A stretch of DNA of 64,000 bases from Synechococcus sp. (GTDB lineage Bacteria; Cyanobacteriota; Cyanobacteriia; PCC-6307; Cyanobiaceae): the NCBI GenBank assembly GCA_047284725.1, contig JBJBEO010000001.1, positions 1,784,203 through 1,848,202 on the forward strand, read 5' to 3'. The position numbers were made by a program, and so were the translations under genes. The notes beneath the pieces are model-generated. The model did not search any database, was not told where the DNA came from, and saw nothing but the letters and a program-made list of their open reading frames with translations. Each line of letters begins with the position of its first letter. Within the stretch, counting starts at the first letter, position 1. This document shows, piece by piece, positions 29,017-38,061 of the stretch.

Positions 29017-32000
29017 ATGACCTCCTCTCCCTCGCAGGACATCGTTCAGATTCCCTGGTTCCCGAAAACCGATCCACCCCTCGGAGGCGGAGCCCAGGCT
29101 GGGGAATGGCAGGGGCGTGACCAGCAGAGCCTCGGCACGATCGCCAAGAGCCTCGTCTACGAGGTGGCGACATCACGGGTGAATTCACTGCCATCGCCCT
29201 GGTCACGGGCACTGCAGTTCGAGCAGGCGGTGCTGAACTCGCGCTACCCCACGCGCGATTCCCTGCTGGAGGAGCTGTTTGGGGGCATGGCCTGTCTCGG
29301 CCTCTGGGAGATGTTTGGCCTGCGCCTCGATGCCCAGCGGGTCTCCCTGCTGGACCATGCCGACCTGCAGGACGATGCGGTCGGGCCGTTCTCCCGCAGC
29401 CTGGCCGCCTCGCTCCCTGATGGACGCAACGCCCTGTCACGCCAACCGGAGGGACGGAACCCCTGGGAAGTGGTGTATGTGTTCACCCTGCAGGGAAGCG
29501 TGGTGGGCTTCAGCTCCCCCAGCACGCTGTTCTGCCCGGCCGTTCACCTGCCTCAGCCGATTCAGGGGATGGGCTGGACCAACAGCGGACGCTTCACCTC
29601 CCCCGTGGATTTTCTGGGTGCTCCCCAGCGCCAGGCCCTGGGGGATTGGTTCAGCCACGTGAAAAACGGCATGCTCAATGCGAGCGATCTGCACAGTCAG
29701 ACCAGCGCTGGACAGATGGCCGAAGTGCTGGATCTGTTCATTCACCGGCTCACCGCGGGCCGGCTCGGCACGCCCACCCTGTCCGACACCGGACGGGTCG
29801 CCAATCTTCCCTCCAATCCGGTGGCCCTGTCGCTGCTGGCCAGGCCGGCCAAAGGCGGCGTCAGCGCCAGCCAGGCAACGCTGGAACTGGGCGATCGGCT
29901 CCAGGCACCGCTCGGTGACACCCCCGCCAGCCAGCCGGTGGTGCTGGTGGACCCCGACATGCCCAACAAGCTTGGGGTGAGCGCGGCCGACATCTGCCTC
30001 TACAAATCGGCGACGTTGGAGTCGATCGGCTTCGATCCAGGCCAGCTCGATCGCCAGTACGGCAAAGAGATCACGGTGCTCACCCCTGATCAGATCTTTC
30101 TGGATGAGCTCTATCTGGTCGCAGGAGAACAAGCGCTTCAGAACTCCTGGCTTCCCAGCCGGCTGGAGGGCGTGCCGCGGGTGAACGGCGAGGCTGTCAC
30201 CCCCCTGCTCCCCCTGCGTCCGGAGATCCGCCGACTGTTCAGCAGCCGTGAGCTCAGGGAGCGCTGCCAGCTGCGGGTGATGCAATCCAGCGTCAGCAAT
30301 GAGGTGGAAGTGAGGCTCAGCCTTCCCCTGCAAGGCCAGCGTGAGGGCTATTCGCTGGCTCGCTCCTACCCCCTGAAGGAGCAGAACCTGGTGGCGGAAG
30401 ACCTGCCCGTGATCACCCTCTGGCCCTACGTCAGCGATGAACGCTGGCGCCTCTATTACCTGTTCTGCGAAGACAGTCCGTCGGCGCTGACCGTGGATGG
30501 CTTCAGCGATTACGACCGCAAGCTGGGCCGAGATAACCAGCAGGTGGTGAAGTATTTCACCACCCAGCACTTCCCCGACCTGGTGCGCCTGAGCGAGCGC
30601 GGTCAGGATCGAGGCCTGCTGCCGGTGACCCCGCCGGCCTCGTGCCCGGATGTGGGCACCCAGTGGCAGGTCGGCATCGACTTCGGCACCTCCTTCACCA
30701 ACTTCTTCATCGATGAGGGGGGCGGGCCGGAGCGCCGGCACCTCGAGACACGGGTGATTTCCCTCACCCTGTCGCAGAAGGAAGAACGTCAGCGACTGCT
30801 CAACCAGTACTTCGTTCCCGAGGAAATGCTGCCCAACACCGACAGGGCCAGCAATCCCCCCACCGCCACGGCCATCAGCCTGCGCGGCTGGCAGGAAGTG
30901 CTCGGTCAGGTGCCTGAGCTCTTCCATGAGGCCCGGCTGCGGGTGCCCAGCCCCGGTGAATTCGGTGGGGCTGAATTACGCACGGGCTTCAAATGGGAGC
31001 AGATGCAGTACCAGAAACCCTTCCTTAAAGAGGTGGCGCTGCTGGTCAGTGCCAACGCCGCTGCCAACGGTGCCCAGGAACTGCAGTGGTCGGTGTCGTA
31101 TCCCAGCGCCTTCTCCCCCAATGAAGTGGCCCGCTACCGGCGGGTGTGGGTCGAGCTCTGCGATGACCTCAACCAACTCACCGGCCTGCGCCATGCCCTC
31201 AATGCCAAAGCCGGAGAGGGGGGACTGCAAACCGAGGCTGTGGCCTTCGCCAGCTACTTCGGCAACTTCCAGAACCGCCAGATGGTGCACACCTCCTGCC
31301 TCGACGTGGGTGGAGGCACCACCGACATCTCGATCTGGCAAGACAACCGACTGATCCATCAGGTGTCTGTGCCGTTTGCAGGGCGCGACATCAGTTCGCA
31401 GCTGCTGCGCCGCAAACCGTCGTTCCTCAAGTCGCTGTTTCCACCGAGCCTCACCGCCGACATCAGCGACGACGAAGCCAAAGCCCGTCAGGACCGCAAC
31501 TTCACCAGCCGCCTCGACAACATCATGCGCTACGGCTCCGATGAGCTGCTCGCCGGCCGGCTCGACATGCTGGTGAATCAGGAGTCGACCCTTCAGGAAC
31601 CGCTGCAGCAATTCCTCAGTCTGCTGTCGGTGAGTTTTGCGGGGATCTACCACTACCTGGGTCAGGTGCAGCAGGTGCTGCGCGACGAAGGCAAACTGAC
31701 CCGTCGCACGCCGACGCCGGTCTACATCGGTGGCAATGGCGGACGTTTGATCAACTGGATTGATGCCAGTTCTCGTTTCCAGAAGGGGGGCGATCCCGAC
31801 CGCCTGATGGAGCGGATGCAGATCAAGGCCTCCGGATGCGACGCCGGCAACGCCTGCACCACCCTGTCGGATGCCTACAAGGATGAAACCGCCTGCGGCC
31901 TGATCAGTTCGGGCGTGAATCTGATCGGCGACTTTGATCCCCGTGACGACGTCATGGTCTGCGGGGCCAGTCTGGTGGTGAATGACCTGCACTTCGCGTG

Positions 32001-32313
32001 CGGTGATCGCGTGCAGCTTCCCCACACGCTGTCGCGAATTGATCGCTATGAGCTGCCCGATCTCGATGCGATCCGCACCTTTGTGGAGCACTACGACGAC
32101 AGCATCGCCGAACTGCGCATTGGAAGCCTGCTGCCGATTGGGGAGCTGTGCGACCTCGACACCCTCTGGGCTGAAGTGGAAACGGAAGTGCGCTCCCTCT
32201 GCCTGGCCAAGGTGGGGCAGGACGCCAAGGACCTCGAACCCGAACCCGGATTCATCCTCGGATTGCGGGCACTCACCAACACGCTCGGCCGGCTCTGGGC
32301 CGAACGCTTCTGA
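29017..32313 (+). CDS. Large protein with C-terminal actin/Hsp70-fold ATPase domain
   Basis: VGIDFGTSFT (phosphate 1), SYPSAFS, TEAVA (connect 1), DVGGGTTDIS (phosphate 2), IGGNGGR (adenosine); N-terminal SLPSPWSRA. Confidence 0.87.
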   Translation: MTSSPSQDIVQIPWFPKTDPPLGGGAQAGEWQGRDQQSLGTIAKSLVYEVATSRVNSLPSPWSRALQFEQAVLNSRYPTRDSLLEELFGGMACLGLWEMFGLRLDAQRVSLLDHADLQDDAVGPFSRSLAASLPDGRNALSRQPEGRNPWEVVYVFTLQGSVVGFSSPSTLFCPAVHLPQPIQGMGWTNSGRFTSPVDFLGAPQRQALGDWFSHVKNGMLNASDLHSQTSAGQMAEVLDLFIHRLTAGRLGTPTLSDTGRVANLPSNPVALSLLARPAKGGVSASQATLELGDRLQAPLGDTPASQPVVLVDPDMPNKLGVSAADICLYKSATLESIGFDPGQLDRQYGKEITVLTPDQIFLDELYLVAGEQALQNSWLPSRLEGVPRVNGEAVTPLLPLRPEIRRLFSSRELRERCQLRVMQSSVSNEVEVRLSLPLQGQREGYSLARSYPLKEQNLVAEDLPVITLWPYVSDERWRLYYLFCEDSPSALTVDGFSDYDRKLGRDNQQVVKYFTTQHFPDLVRLSERGQDRGLLPVTPPASCPDVGTQWQVGIDFGTSFTNFFIDEGGGPERRHLETRVISLTLSQKEERQRLLNQYFVPEEMLPNTDRASNPPTATAISLRGWQEVLGQVPELFHEARLRVPSPGEFGGAELRTGFKWEQMQYQKPFLKEVALLVSANAAANGAQELQWSVSYPSAFSPNEVARYRRVWVELCDDLNQLTGLRHALNAKAGEGGLQTEAVAFASYFGNFQNRQMVHTSCLDVGGGTTDISIWQDNRLIHQVSVPFAGRDISSQLLRRKPSFLKSLFPPSLTADISDDEAKARQDRNFTSRLDNIMRYGSDELLAGRLDMLVNQESTLQEPLQQFLSLLSVSFAGIYHYLGQVQQVLRDEGKLTRRTPTPVYIGGNGGRLINWIDASSRFQKGGDPDRLMERMQIKASGCDAGNACTTLSDAYKDETACGLISSGVNLIGDFDPRDDVMVCGASLVVNDLHFACGDRVQLPHTLSRIDRYELPDLDAIRTFVEHYDDSIAELRIGSLLPIGELCDLDTLWAEVETEVRSLCLAKVGQDAKDLEPEPGFILGLRALTNTLGRLWAERF

Positions 32314-32321
32314 GCAGAACC

Positions 32322-33257
32322 ATGATCACTCCATCACGCAAACTGACGCTGTCGGCACTGGCGCTCACCGGCCTGATTGGTGCGTTGTCGTGCTCCGCCG
32401 TCGTTCATGCCGAACCGCCGACGGCCACAGGAACACCAAACCAGGAGACAGCAGCCCCCGCAGAAGTCTCGCCCCAGCAACCGAGCCAACAAGAAGGCCA
32501 GCAACATCAGTCTCCACGCATGGACGCACAACCGACACCTCGGTCGGTTCCATTTGTCGGAACAGGTGGGATCCTTCTCCTCGCTGGAGGAGGGTTGGTG
32601 GTGGCCCTCGGCAGCCTGGCCACGGGGATCACCGCCCACCTGCAGCTGCGGCGCAGCCATCAGCGCCTGCGCCAGCAATCCGACACGCTGCAGACCCGGC
32701 TCAGCGAACTGGAGCTGCAAGTGGAGCAAGACCGGATTGCCCAGCTGGCGCGACGGACACCCCGCGCCGCCACACCCATGGCTCCACGCCCGGCACCTTT
32801 TGCCGCGAAACCGGTGCCTGCCGCCGCGCCACCACCACCGGCGCCACCGGCACCACAACCCGCGGTTCCAGCACCGGCTCCAGTGCCGGTCAGCAAGGCC
32901 GGCTTGATCGCAGCCCTGAACAGCGGCGATCGCCAGCCCCTGCGTGAGGCCGCCACCGCCGAACTGAACATCACCAGCGACTCGGAAAACGCCATCGCCA
33001 CCGGCAGAGCCGTGTCGACCGAACTGGAGGCGGTGGCCGGGGGGGGAAGCTACTGGTTGATTGCCATCGACCAGCACCATTGGCTGTTTCCAACGGATCG
33101 CACCCTGAAGGGGTTTGCCGCTGCGCAGCCCTCGAAAGGCCTGTTTCACTACGAGAAGCAGACCATCGCCCAACCGCAGCTGCTGGAGCCTGCACAGCTC
33201 AACCCCAATGGTGACCGCTGGATCGTGACCTCCATGGGCCGCATCGGCACACCCTGA
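32322..33257 (+). CDS. Membrane protein: signal, TM, coiled coil, Pro-rich linker, beta domain
   Basis: Architecture read from sequence; last gene of the operon. Confidence 0.8.
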   Translation: MITPSRKLTLSALALTGLIGALSCSAVVHAEPPTATGTPNQETAAPAEVSPQQPSQQEGQQHQSPRMDAQPTPRSVPFVGTGGILLLAGGGLVVALGSLATGITAHLQLRRSHQRLRQQSDTLQTRLSELELQVEQDRIAQLARRTPRAATPMAPRPAPFAAKPVPAAAPPPPAPPAPQPAVPAPAPVPVSKAGLIAALNSGDRQPLREAATAELNITSDSENAIATGRAVSTELEAVAGGGSYWLIAIDQHHWLFPTDRTLKGFAAAQPSKGLFHYEKQTIAQPQLLEPAQLNPNGDRWIVTSMGRIGTP

Positions 33258-33282
33258 AGGCGGGGCGGGCCGGGGCGGAGCG

Positions 33283-33987
33283 TCAGTCCAAGGCCTGAAG
33301 CCGCCGTTCCAGTGCTCGCAGCCGGGTTTCCAGGCTGTGCTGCAGTGGATCGGCAAGCAGGCCGATGCTGCCTTTCTGCTCGAGGTACCAACGACGACCG
33401 TGTTCAACCACGGTGGCGGTGCCGGCAGCCAGCAATTCCATCTCAGCTGGTAGCGGTGCCTCACAGGCGAGCTCAAACAAGCGCCCAAGGCTCTCCACCT
33501 GAGTCTGGCGTTGAAGCATTCCCGGTCGGGGCAGGAGAACCGAGCTGCCATCCTGCAGTTCCACCATCCATGTGGTGCCCTGAGCGAACACTTCGAGTTC
33601 GATCTCAGCGATCGCTCCACTCAAGGTGCGGCCACTCACACTGCAAGGACGGGCAAAGGGCTGCAGCAGGGCAGGGTTGTTGCGATAAACGTCCAGCAAC
33701 CCCTCCAGGGGAAGATTGAGCGCAGGGATGAGGGCTTCAGCAGAGTCTGGCCGCACCGGCAGCTCAGTCTCACGACGTGGCGCATCAGCACCAATCAGCT
33801 TTTGATCCCGCAGGATCTGCAACTCTTGTTCAATGCTTTCCAGGCGATCAGAAAGATCGGAAACGTCTTGCTTGACGCTCTCAAAGCTGCGAGAAATATT
33901 GTCATTCGTTTCAACGAAATGATCACTCAACTGCCGAACACTCTTCAGCAGAAACTTCACTGATTCAACAAGTTTTCGATCATCCAT
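33283..33987 (-). CDS. Coiled-coil protein with C-terminal domain resembling that of 32322-33257
   Basis: N-terminal heptads; ELE..G..W..L.P..LF..W...G.IG pattern shared. Confidence 0.78.
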   Translation of the reverse strand: MDDRKLVESVKFLLKSVRQLSDHFVETNDNISRSFESVKQDVSDLSDRLESIEQELQILRDQKLIGADAPRRETELPVRPDSAEALIPALNLPLEGLLDVYRNNPALLQPFARPCSVSGRTLSGAIAEIELEVFAQGTTWMVELQDGSSVLLPRPGMLQRQTQVESLGRLFELACEAPLPAEMELLAAGTATVVEHGRRWYLEQKGSIGLLADPLQHSLETRLRALERRLQALD

Positions 33988-34002
33988 CGATCCGTCTCCT
34001 GA

Positions 34003-34368
34003 TTATTGCTGGGTGCGCTTCACTGACTCCTGCGCTGCCCGCAGCAGCTGATCGAGCTCACCATCATCACTGGGCTCAGAGGGGGAAGATCCCCGCAGCG
34101 AAGCGGCACGATGCCCTGGTTCGTCAACGTCATCAAAGGAAGGCTGATCGGCAGGCAACAGGCCCCGATTCGCCTCCCTGACGGCATCAGGCAAGAGCAC
34201 AAGATCCAGCAACTGACCGAATCCGCAAAGGCCAAACGTGAAGAGCATCACCACGCCATACCCCACCTGCCCGAGATACATGCGTTGCACACCACAAACG
34301 CCAACAAACGAGAGGCACCAGAGCAGGTAGCCCAGGGATAACTCTTTTTGCTCTCGAGAGGGCTCCAA
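34003..34368 (-). CDS. TM2/NINE domain protein
   Basis: GYLLW...GVCGVQRMYLGQ...G..L.TFGLCGFGQLLDL.L.P. Confidence 0.88.
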   Translation of the reverse strand: MEPSREQKELSLGYLLWCLSFVGVCGVQRMYLGQVGYGVVMLFTFGLCGFGQLLDLVLLPDAVREANRGLLPADQPSFDDVDEPGHRAASLRGSSPSEPSDDGELDQLLRAAQESVKRTQQ

Positions 34369-34445
34369 TTAACGGCATCAATTTCCGATGTATTCTATCG
34401 CAAATCAACCAAAGCCCCCGAGCAGGCTCACGTCACACCACACCC

Positions 34446-35636
34446 ATGCTGGAGAGCTGGTCGGTCGTCATCAACGTGCTTTTGGTGGCATGGTCAGTGC
34501 GGACGTTGATCATCCTTCAACTGGCATTTCGGAACAGAACAGGCGACATCAAGTACAGCAAGGGCGAGCCAACCACAGCCACCAGATCCGACGATGCTCC
34601 GCTGGTCAGCATCATCATCCCTGCCTTCAACGAAGCAGCATCAATCAGCAAGACCGTGTTGTCTTGCCTTCAATCAATGGATGCCAACAAGGAACTCATC
34701 GTTGTTGACGATGGCTCAACCGACGGCACGCGAGCCGTTGCATTCAGCCTGCAACGCCAGCATCCAGAGCACAGGATTCAGGTCATCACCAGCGACCGCA
34801 ATCAAGGCAAGGCCAATGCTCTCAACCTTGGCCTGAACCGGGCCTCCGGTGACATCATCGTGACCGTTGATGCCGACACCCAATTCGAATCGGCCGACAC
34901 CCTCACAGCGTTAGTGCAGCCACTGATCACACAACCAGAGATTGGGGCAACCACAGCCAACCTGAAAATCGCCAACCCAACAACAATGCTGGGCACATTT
35001 CAGGCGATTGAATACGCGAAAATCATTCAGACCCACAAACGCGCGCAAAGCCAGACGCATGCGATTCTGATTCTCCCCGGCGCCTTGAGCTCCTTCAGGC
35101 TACACCTGCTTCGGGCGATCGGAGGGTTCTCCAAGGCGACGCTGGCGGAAGATGCCGATGCCACCATGGCCCTGCTGAAGCAGGGTCATCACGCCTGCCT
35201 CCAAACCCGCGCCTGCGGATTCACCACCGTGCCAACATCCGTTGCGGGCTTCATCAAACAGCGCATCCGCTGGCGTGTTGGTCAATGGCAATGCCTGTGG
35301 AAGCATCGTGCCCTTGCCAGACACTCCTGGGCGACGGGATTTTTCTATCTGGATGTTGTTGCCACGAATGGCATCACCGCTGCAACACCGGCCTTTGTTG
35401 TGATCTCACTCTGGCAAATCATCCATGCAGGCGATGGGCAATCCTGCATCTGGGCCCTCAGCGGATTCGTGGCCACCGACATCCTGGTGACAACCGCAAC
35501 CGCACAACTCGACAGAACCTTCAGGCCCAGCCCGAAGCACTATGCCAACAGCCTGCTCTTCTTTGTGGCCATCAACCCTGTGATCACCTGGCTCTGCCTG
35601 TTCAAATTCTTCACCCAGCGGCCCATTCACTGGTAA
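34446..35636 (+). CDS. Processive GT2 glycosyltransferase (PgaC/IcaA/cellulose-synthase-like)
   Basis: IIPAFNE, VDDGSTD, GKANALN, DAD, AED, QRIRW; C-terminal TMs. Confidence 0.88.
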   Translation: MLESWSVVINVLLVAWSVRTLIILQLAFRNRTGDIKYSKGEPTTATRSDDAPLVSIIIPAFNEAASISKTVLSCLQSMDANKELIVVDDGSTDGTRAVAFSLQRQHPEHRIQVITSDRNQGKANALNLGLNRASGDIIVTVDADTQFESADTLTALVQPLITQPEIGATTANLKIANPTTMLGTFQAIEYAKIIQTHKRAQSQTHAILILPGALSSFRLHLLRAIGGFSKATLAEDADATMALLKQGHHACLQTRACGFTTVPTSVAGFIKQRIRWRVGQWQCLWKHRALARHSWATGFFYLDVVATNGITAATPAFVVISLWQIIHAGDGQSCIWALSGFVATDILVTTATAQLDRTFRPSPKHYANSLLFFVAINPVITWLCLFKFFTQRPIHW

Positions 35637-35685
35637 AAGCTCCGAAAGTGATCACGCCACCGTCACAAGATGCCCGAAGGCACCA

Positions 35686-36054
35686 TCACGATGCACCGTC
35701 AATCCAACGGCAGGCCGTATCGGAATCAGAGCTGTAGGAAATCGAGCCATCGCTGTCCTTCCGCCCCGCAAGATTGATGCACCCCTGCTTGCCGCGCACA
35801 TCTTCAATCACGGCCATGAAATCGCAATAGTAATTATTGTTGTAGCTTCCACAACTGTGCGGATTGGAGAAGGTCACCTTGGTGCCGGTATCCCATTCCC
35901 CCTCGTTCAATTCCTTCGTCAGGCTGAAACCAAACTCCTCATAGTCAGCCAGCTCCTTGTAATTGACCGGCAGAGAGAATGTGCCACCCTCCAGCACGGA
36001 ACAGCCCGAAAGGATCAAGCCACAGAGAGCGCCACCAATCGCCAATCGCTTCAT
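35686..36054 (-). CDS. Putative lipoprotein
   Basis: MKR..LILSGC lipobox; four further Cys. Confidence 0.7.
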   Translation of the reverse strand: MKRLAIGGALCGLILSGCSVLEGGTFSLPVNYKELADYEEFGFSLTKELNEGEWDTGTKVTFSNPHSCGSYNNNYYCDFMAVIEDVRGKQGCINLAGRKDSDGSISYSSDSDTACRWIDGAS

Positions 36055-36155
36055 CTTCCTGTTGGAAAGACGCACAAAACTAGCAAACAGCAGTGATCAT
36101 CTTCCCTGTCGCGATTGGGATCTCACGTCCGGTCGGCGATGCGCAACGCAAGGGA

Positions 36156-36365
36156 TCACCGCCGTGCCAGCACCTGCCACACCAACCAGATGATCAGCCC
36201 CAACACCACCCAGGGGATCAGAGAGCGCAACACCAGCGCAGCCAGCAGCAACACGCCAACACTGATCACCGAGCGCGTGACCAGAGCCTTGCCCTGATCC
36301 GTCATGAACTGCCAGCGGGGCAACAGAGGCATGGAGGGAAGCGACGTGATCAATGCCGCCAGCAT
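36156..36365 (-). CDS. Small membrane protein
   Basis: Two hydrophobic helices; start uncertain. Confidence 0.55.
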   Translation of the reverse strand: MLAALITSLPSMPLLPRWQFMTDQGKALVTRSVISVGVLLLAALVLRSLIPWVVLGLIIWLVWQVLARR

Positions 36366-36402
36366 GTGGCAGAACCACCCCAGCCGCCACTGCCGCGCCG
36401 GC

Positions 36403-36573
36403 TCAACCGCCTCGAGGCAGGCACTGATGGCGGTCCACCGCAAATTCCACGTACAAACTGCGGGCATCCTGCGGTCGCTTCTGCGCCAGCAAAGCGCGAA
36501 CGCGATCGCGCCACCAGGCACTCACGGCGGCGCACTGACGGGGATCCGGCGCTCCGCTCAGAGAACACCCCAT
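36403..36573 (-). CDS. Small hypothetical protein
   Basis: WWRDRVRALL..DARSLYVEF. Confidence 0.5.
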   Translation of the reverse strand: MGCSLSGAPDPRQCAAVSAWWRDRVRALLAQKRPQDARSLYVEFAVDRHQCLPRGG

Positions 36574-36667
36574 GGCGCTTCCTCCGACTCGCTTCAAGCT
36601 ATGCAGCCCGCCTTAGGCTACTCAGCCAAATGCTGCACAGTGAGCTGATTCCCCTGCAGCCCGGTCC

Positions 36668-37102
36668 ATGTCTTCGCAGCTGCTCCAACTCTCCACCACG
36701 GGCTCCTTTCAGTGCCTGTCCGTCACTGAGGCGGTGCGCCGCTTCCTTCGCTCCCATGGCGAACAGGACGGGGCCGTGGTGATCGCCAGCCGCCACACCA
36801 CCACGGCGGTGATCGTGAATGAACTGGAGGAGAGACTGCTGCTCGACCTTGAACAGTGGCTGCAACAGCTGGCCCCACCCGCAGGCCCGTGGAAGCACAA
36901 CGACCTGGAGCTGCGTCCCAACATTCCCGCCGACGAGCCGCGCAATGCCCATGCCCACCTGCAGGCTCTGCTGCTGGGCAATCAAGTGGTGGTACCTGTG
37001 AGCAACGGCACACTGCAGCTCGGCCGCTACCAGGATGTGATCCTTGTGGAACTGGATGGTCCGCGGCAGCGCCAGGTGTCGCTGCAGTGGCTGTCCGCCT
37101 GA
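36668..37102 (+). CDS. yjbQ: YjbQ/UPF0047 secondary thiamine-phosphate synthase family
   Basis: HTTTAVIVNE, NAHAHL, LGRYQ..ELDGPRQR. Confidence 0.9.
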   Translation: MSSQLLQLSTTGSFQCLSVTEAVRRFLRSHGEQDGAVVIASRHTTTAVIVNELEERLLLDLEQWLQQLAPPAGPWKHNDLELRPNIPADEPRNAHAHLQALLLGNQVVVPVSNGTLQLGRYQDVILVELDGPRQRQVSLQWLSA

Positions 37103-37211
37103 TCAAACACCCCGACAGATCCGCAAACGCTCAAAAAGAGCGAGGGGTGTTGCGTTCACCACTGCCGCAACAAAACGAGAGCAGAACAATGGGCACAACG
37201 GCGTGAATCCC

Positions 37212-37400
37212 ATGACCACAGAAGAAGCGATGGCCCTGATCGAAGGCGCCGTGGATTACTGCACCCATCGCAGCAAGCTGCTGATCCACGCCCAGCGAAG
37301 CGCCGACGCCTCAGCCATTGATCACGAATTCGAGGAATGGCTGAACCCGCGCGGAGGGGTCTTGCCCTTGATGCCCTGCCCGAAACCGGAAGGCAGTTGA
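37212..37400 (+). CDS. Small hypothetical protein
   Basis: GAVDYC..DASAIDHEFEEWL. Confidence 0.55.
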   Translation: MTTEEAMALIEGAVDYCTHRSKLLIHAQRSADASAIDHEFEEWLNPRGGVLPLMPCPKPEGS

Positions 37401-37492
37401 TCGAGCATGCCTGCCCCCTGGCGCTCTGCCTGACGCATCAACGCCAGCAGCGAACGACGATCACCGAACACCCGCACCACAACCTGTCTTGC

Positions 37493-37545
37493 TGAGAACA
37501 AGTCTCAATTAACCACGGATCGCGGCCTGATGCAAGTGATTCTCA
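37493..37545. promoter_or_regulatory. Two Fur-family-like 7-1-7 boxes
   Basis: TGAGAAC-A-AGTCTCA (37493-37507) and TGCAAGT-G-ATTCTCA (37531-37545), both followed by ATT. Confidence 0.45.
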
Positions 37546-37546
37546 A

Positions 37547-37762
37547 TTGCTTCGAATTGCCCTGACCTTCTTGGCCGCTGCAGGCGAGCTAGAAGAGGCT
37601 CAGAGCCTGATCGATGCGGACTGGATGGAGACCTTCCCCCTCAGAACAGTCCTCGGAGCCGGTGCCGTGTTGATCCTGGCCCAGATGTATTGCTCCTTCA
37701 TGACCCCATGGATCCTTCTGCTCTTCCTTGCATGGGTGATCGGCGGCAGCCGATTGACTTAA
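37547..37762 (+). CDS. Small membrane protein (start possibly later)
   Basis: Two hydrophobic segments. Confidence 0.4.
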   Translation: MLRIALTFLAAAGELEEAQSLIDADWMETFPLRTVLGAGAVLILAQMYCSFMTPWILLLFLAWVIGGSRLT

Positions 37763-38008
37763 TCAGCTTGAAACGGGGCCGTCTTCAGCGCTTGTGATCA
37801 ATGAATGGAGAATGCCTCTTCTCAGGGGCATGTCGTGCTGCAAAAGCTGCGTGGACGCAATCATCCATCAGCAACCTTGATCAATTAGCTTTGTCGACAA
37901 AACTGCAGGATTATTTCTTTTATTAGCCAAGAATAAATACCAGAAGGCAGCGGTTAGAAGCGAGCCAAAAAGCTCATTAAGGGACCTTTATCACTTAGGC
38001 AGCCAGAA

Positions 38009-38026
38009 GCCCTGCCGAAGCAGGGC
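38009..38026 (-). terminator. Hairpin downstream of the RTX-like gene
   Basis: GCCCTGC-TTCG-GCAGGGC on the minus strand; weak U-tract. Confidence 0.6.
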
Positions 38027-38061
38027 ATTGACCATTTACTTAGCAGCCTTTGACATTCTTT

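Noticed and set aside
29437..32091. Long antisense ORFs (496 and 371 aa) and similar shadow ORFs throughout the window
   Set aside because: Typical antisense mirrors of GC-rich genes; no motifs
29017..32313. Calling this gene dnaK, mreB or ftsA
   Set aside because: Only the actin-fold motifs match; there is a long unrelated N-terminal region and no recognisable Hsp70 substrate-binding domain
33259..33278. G-rich tract between convergent genes as a G-quadruplex
   Set aside because: Only three tracts of three or more G in GC-rich DNA; no supporting evidence
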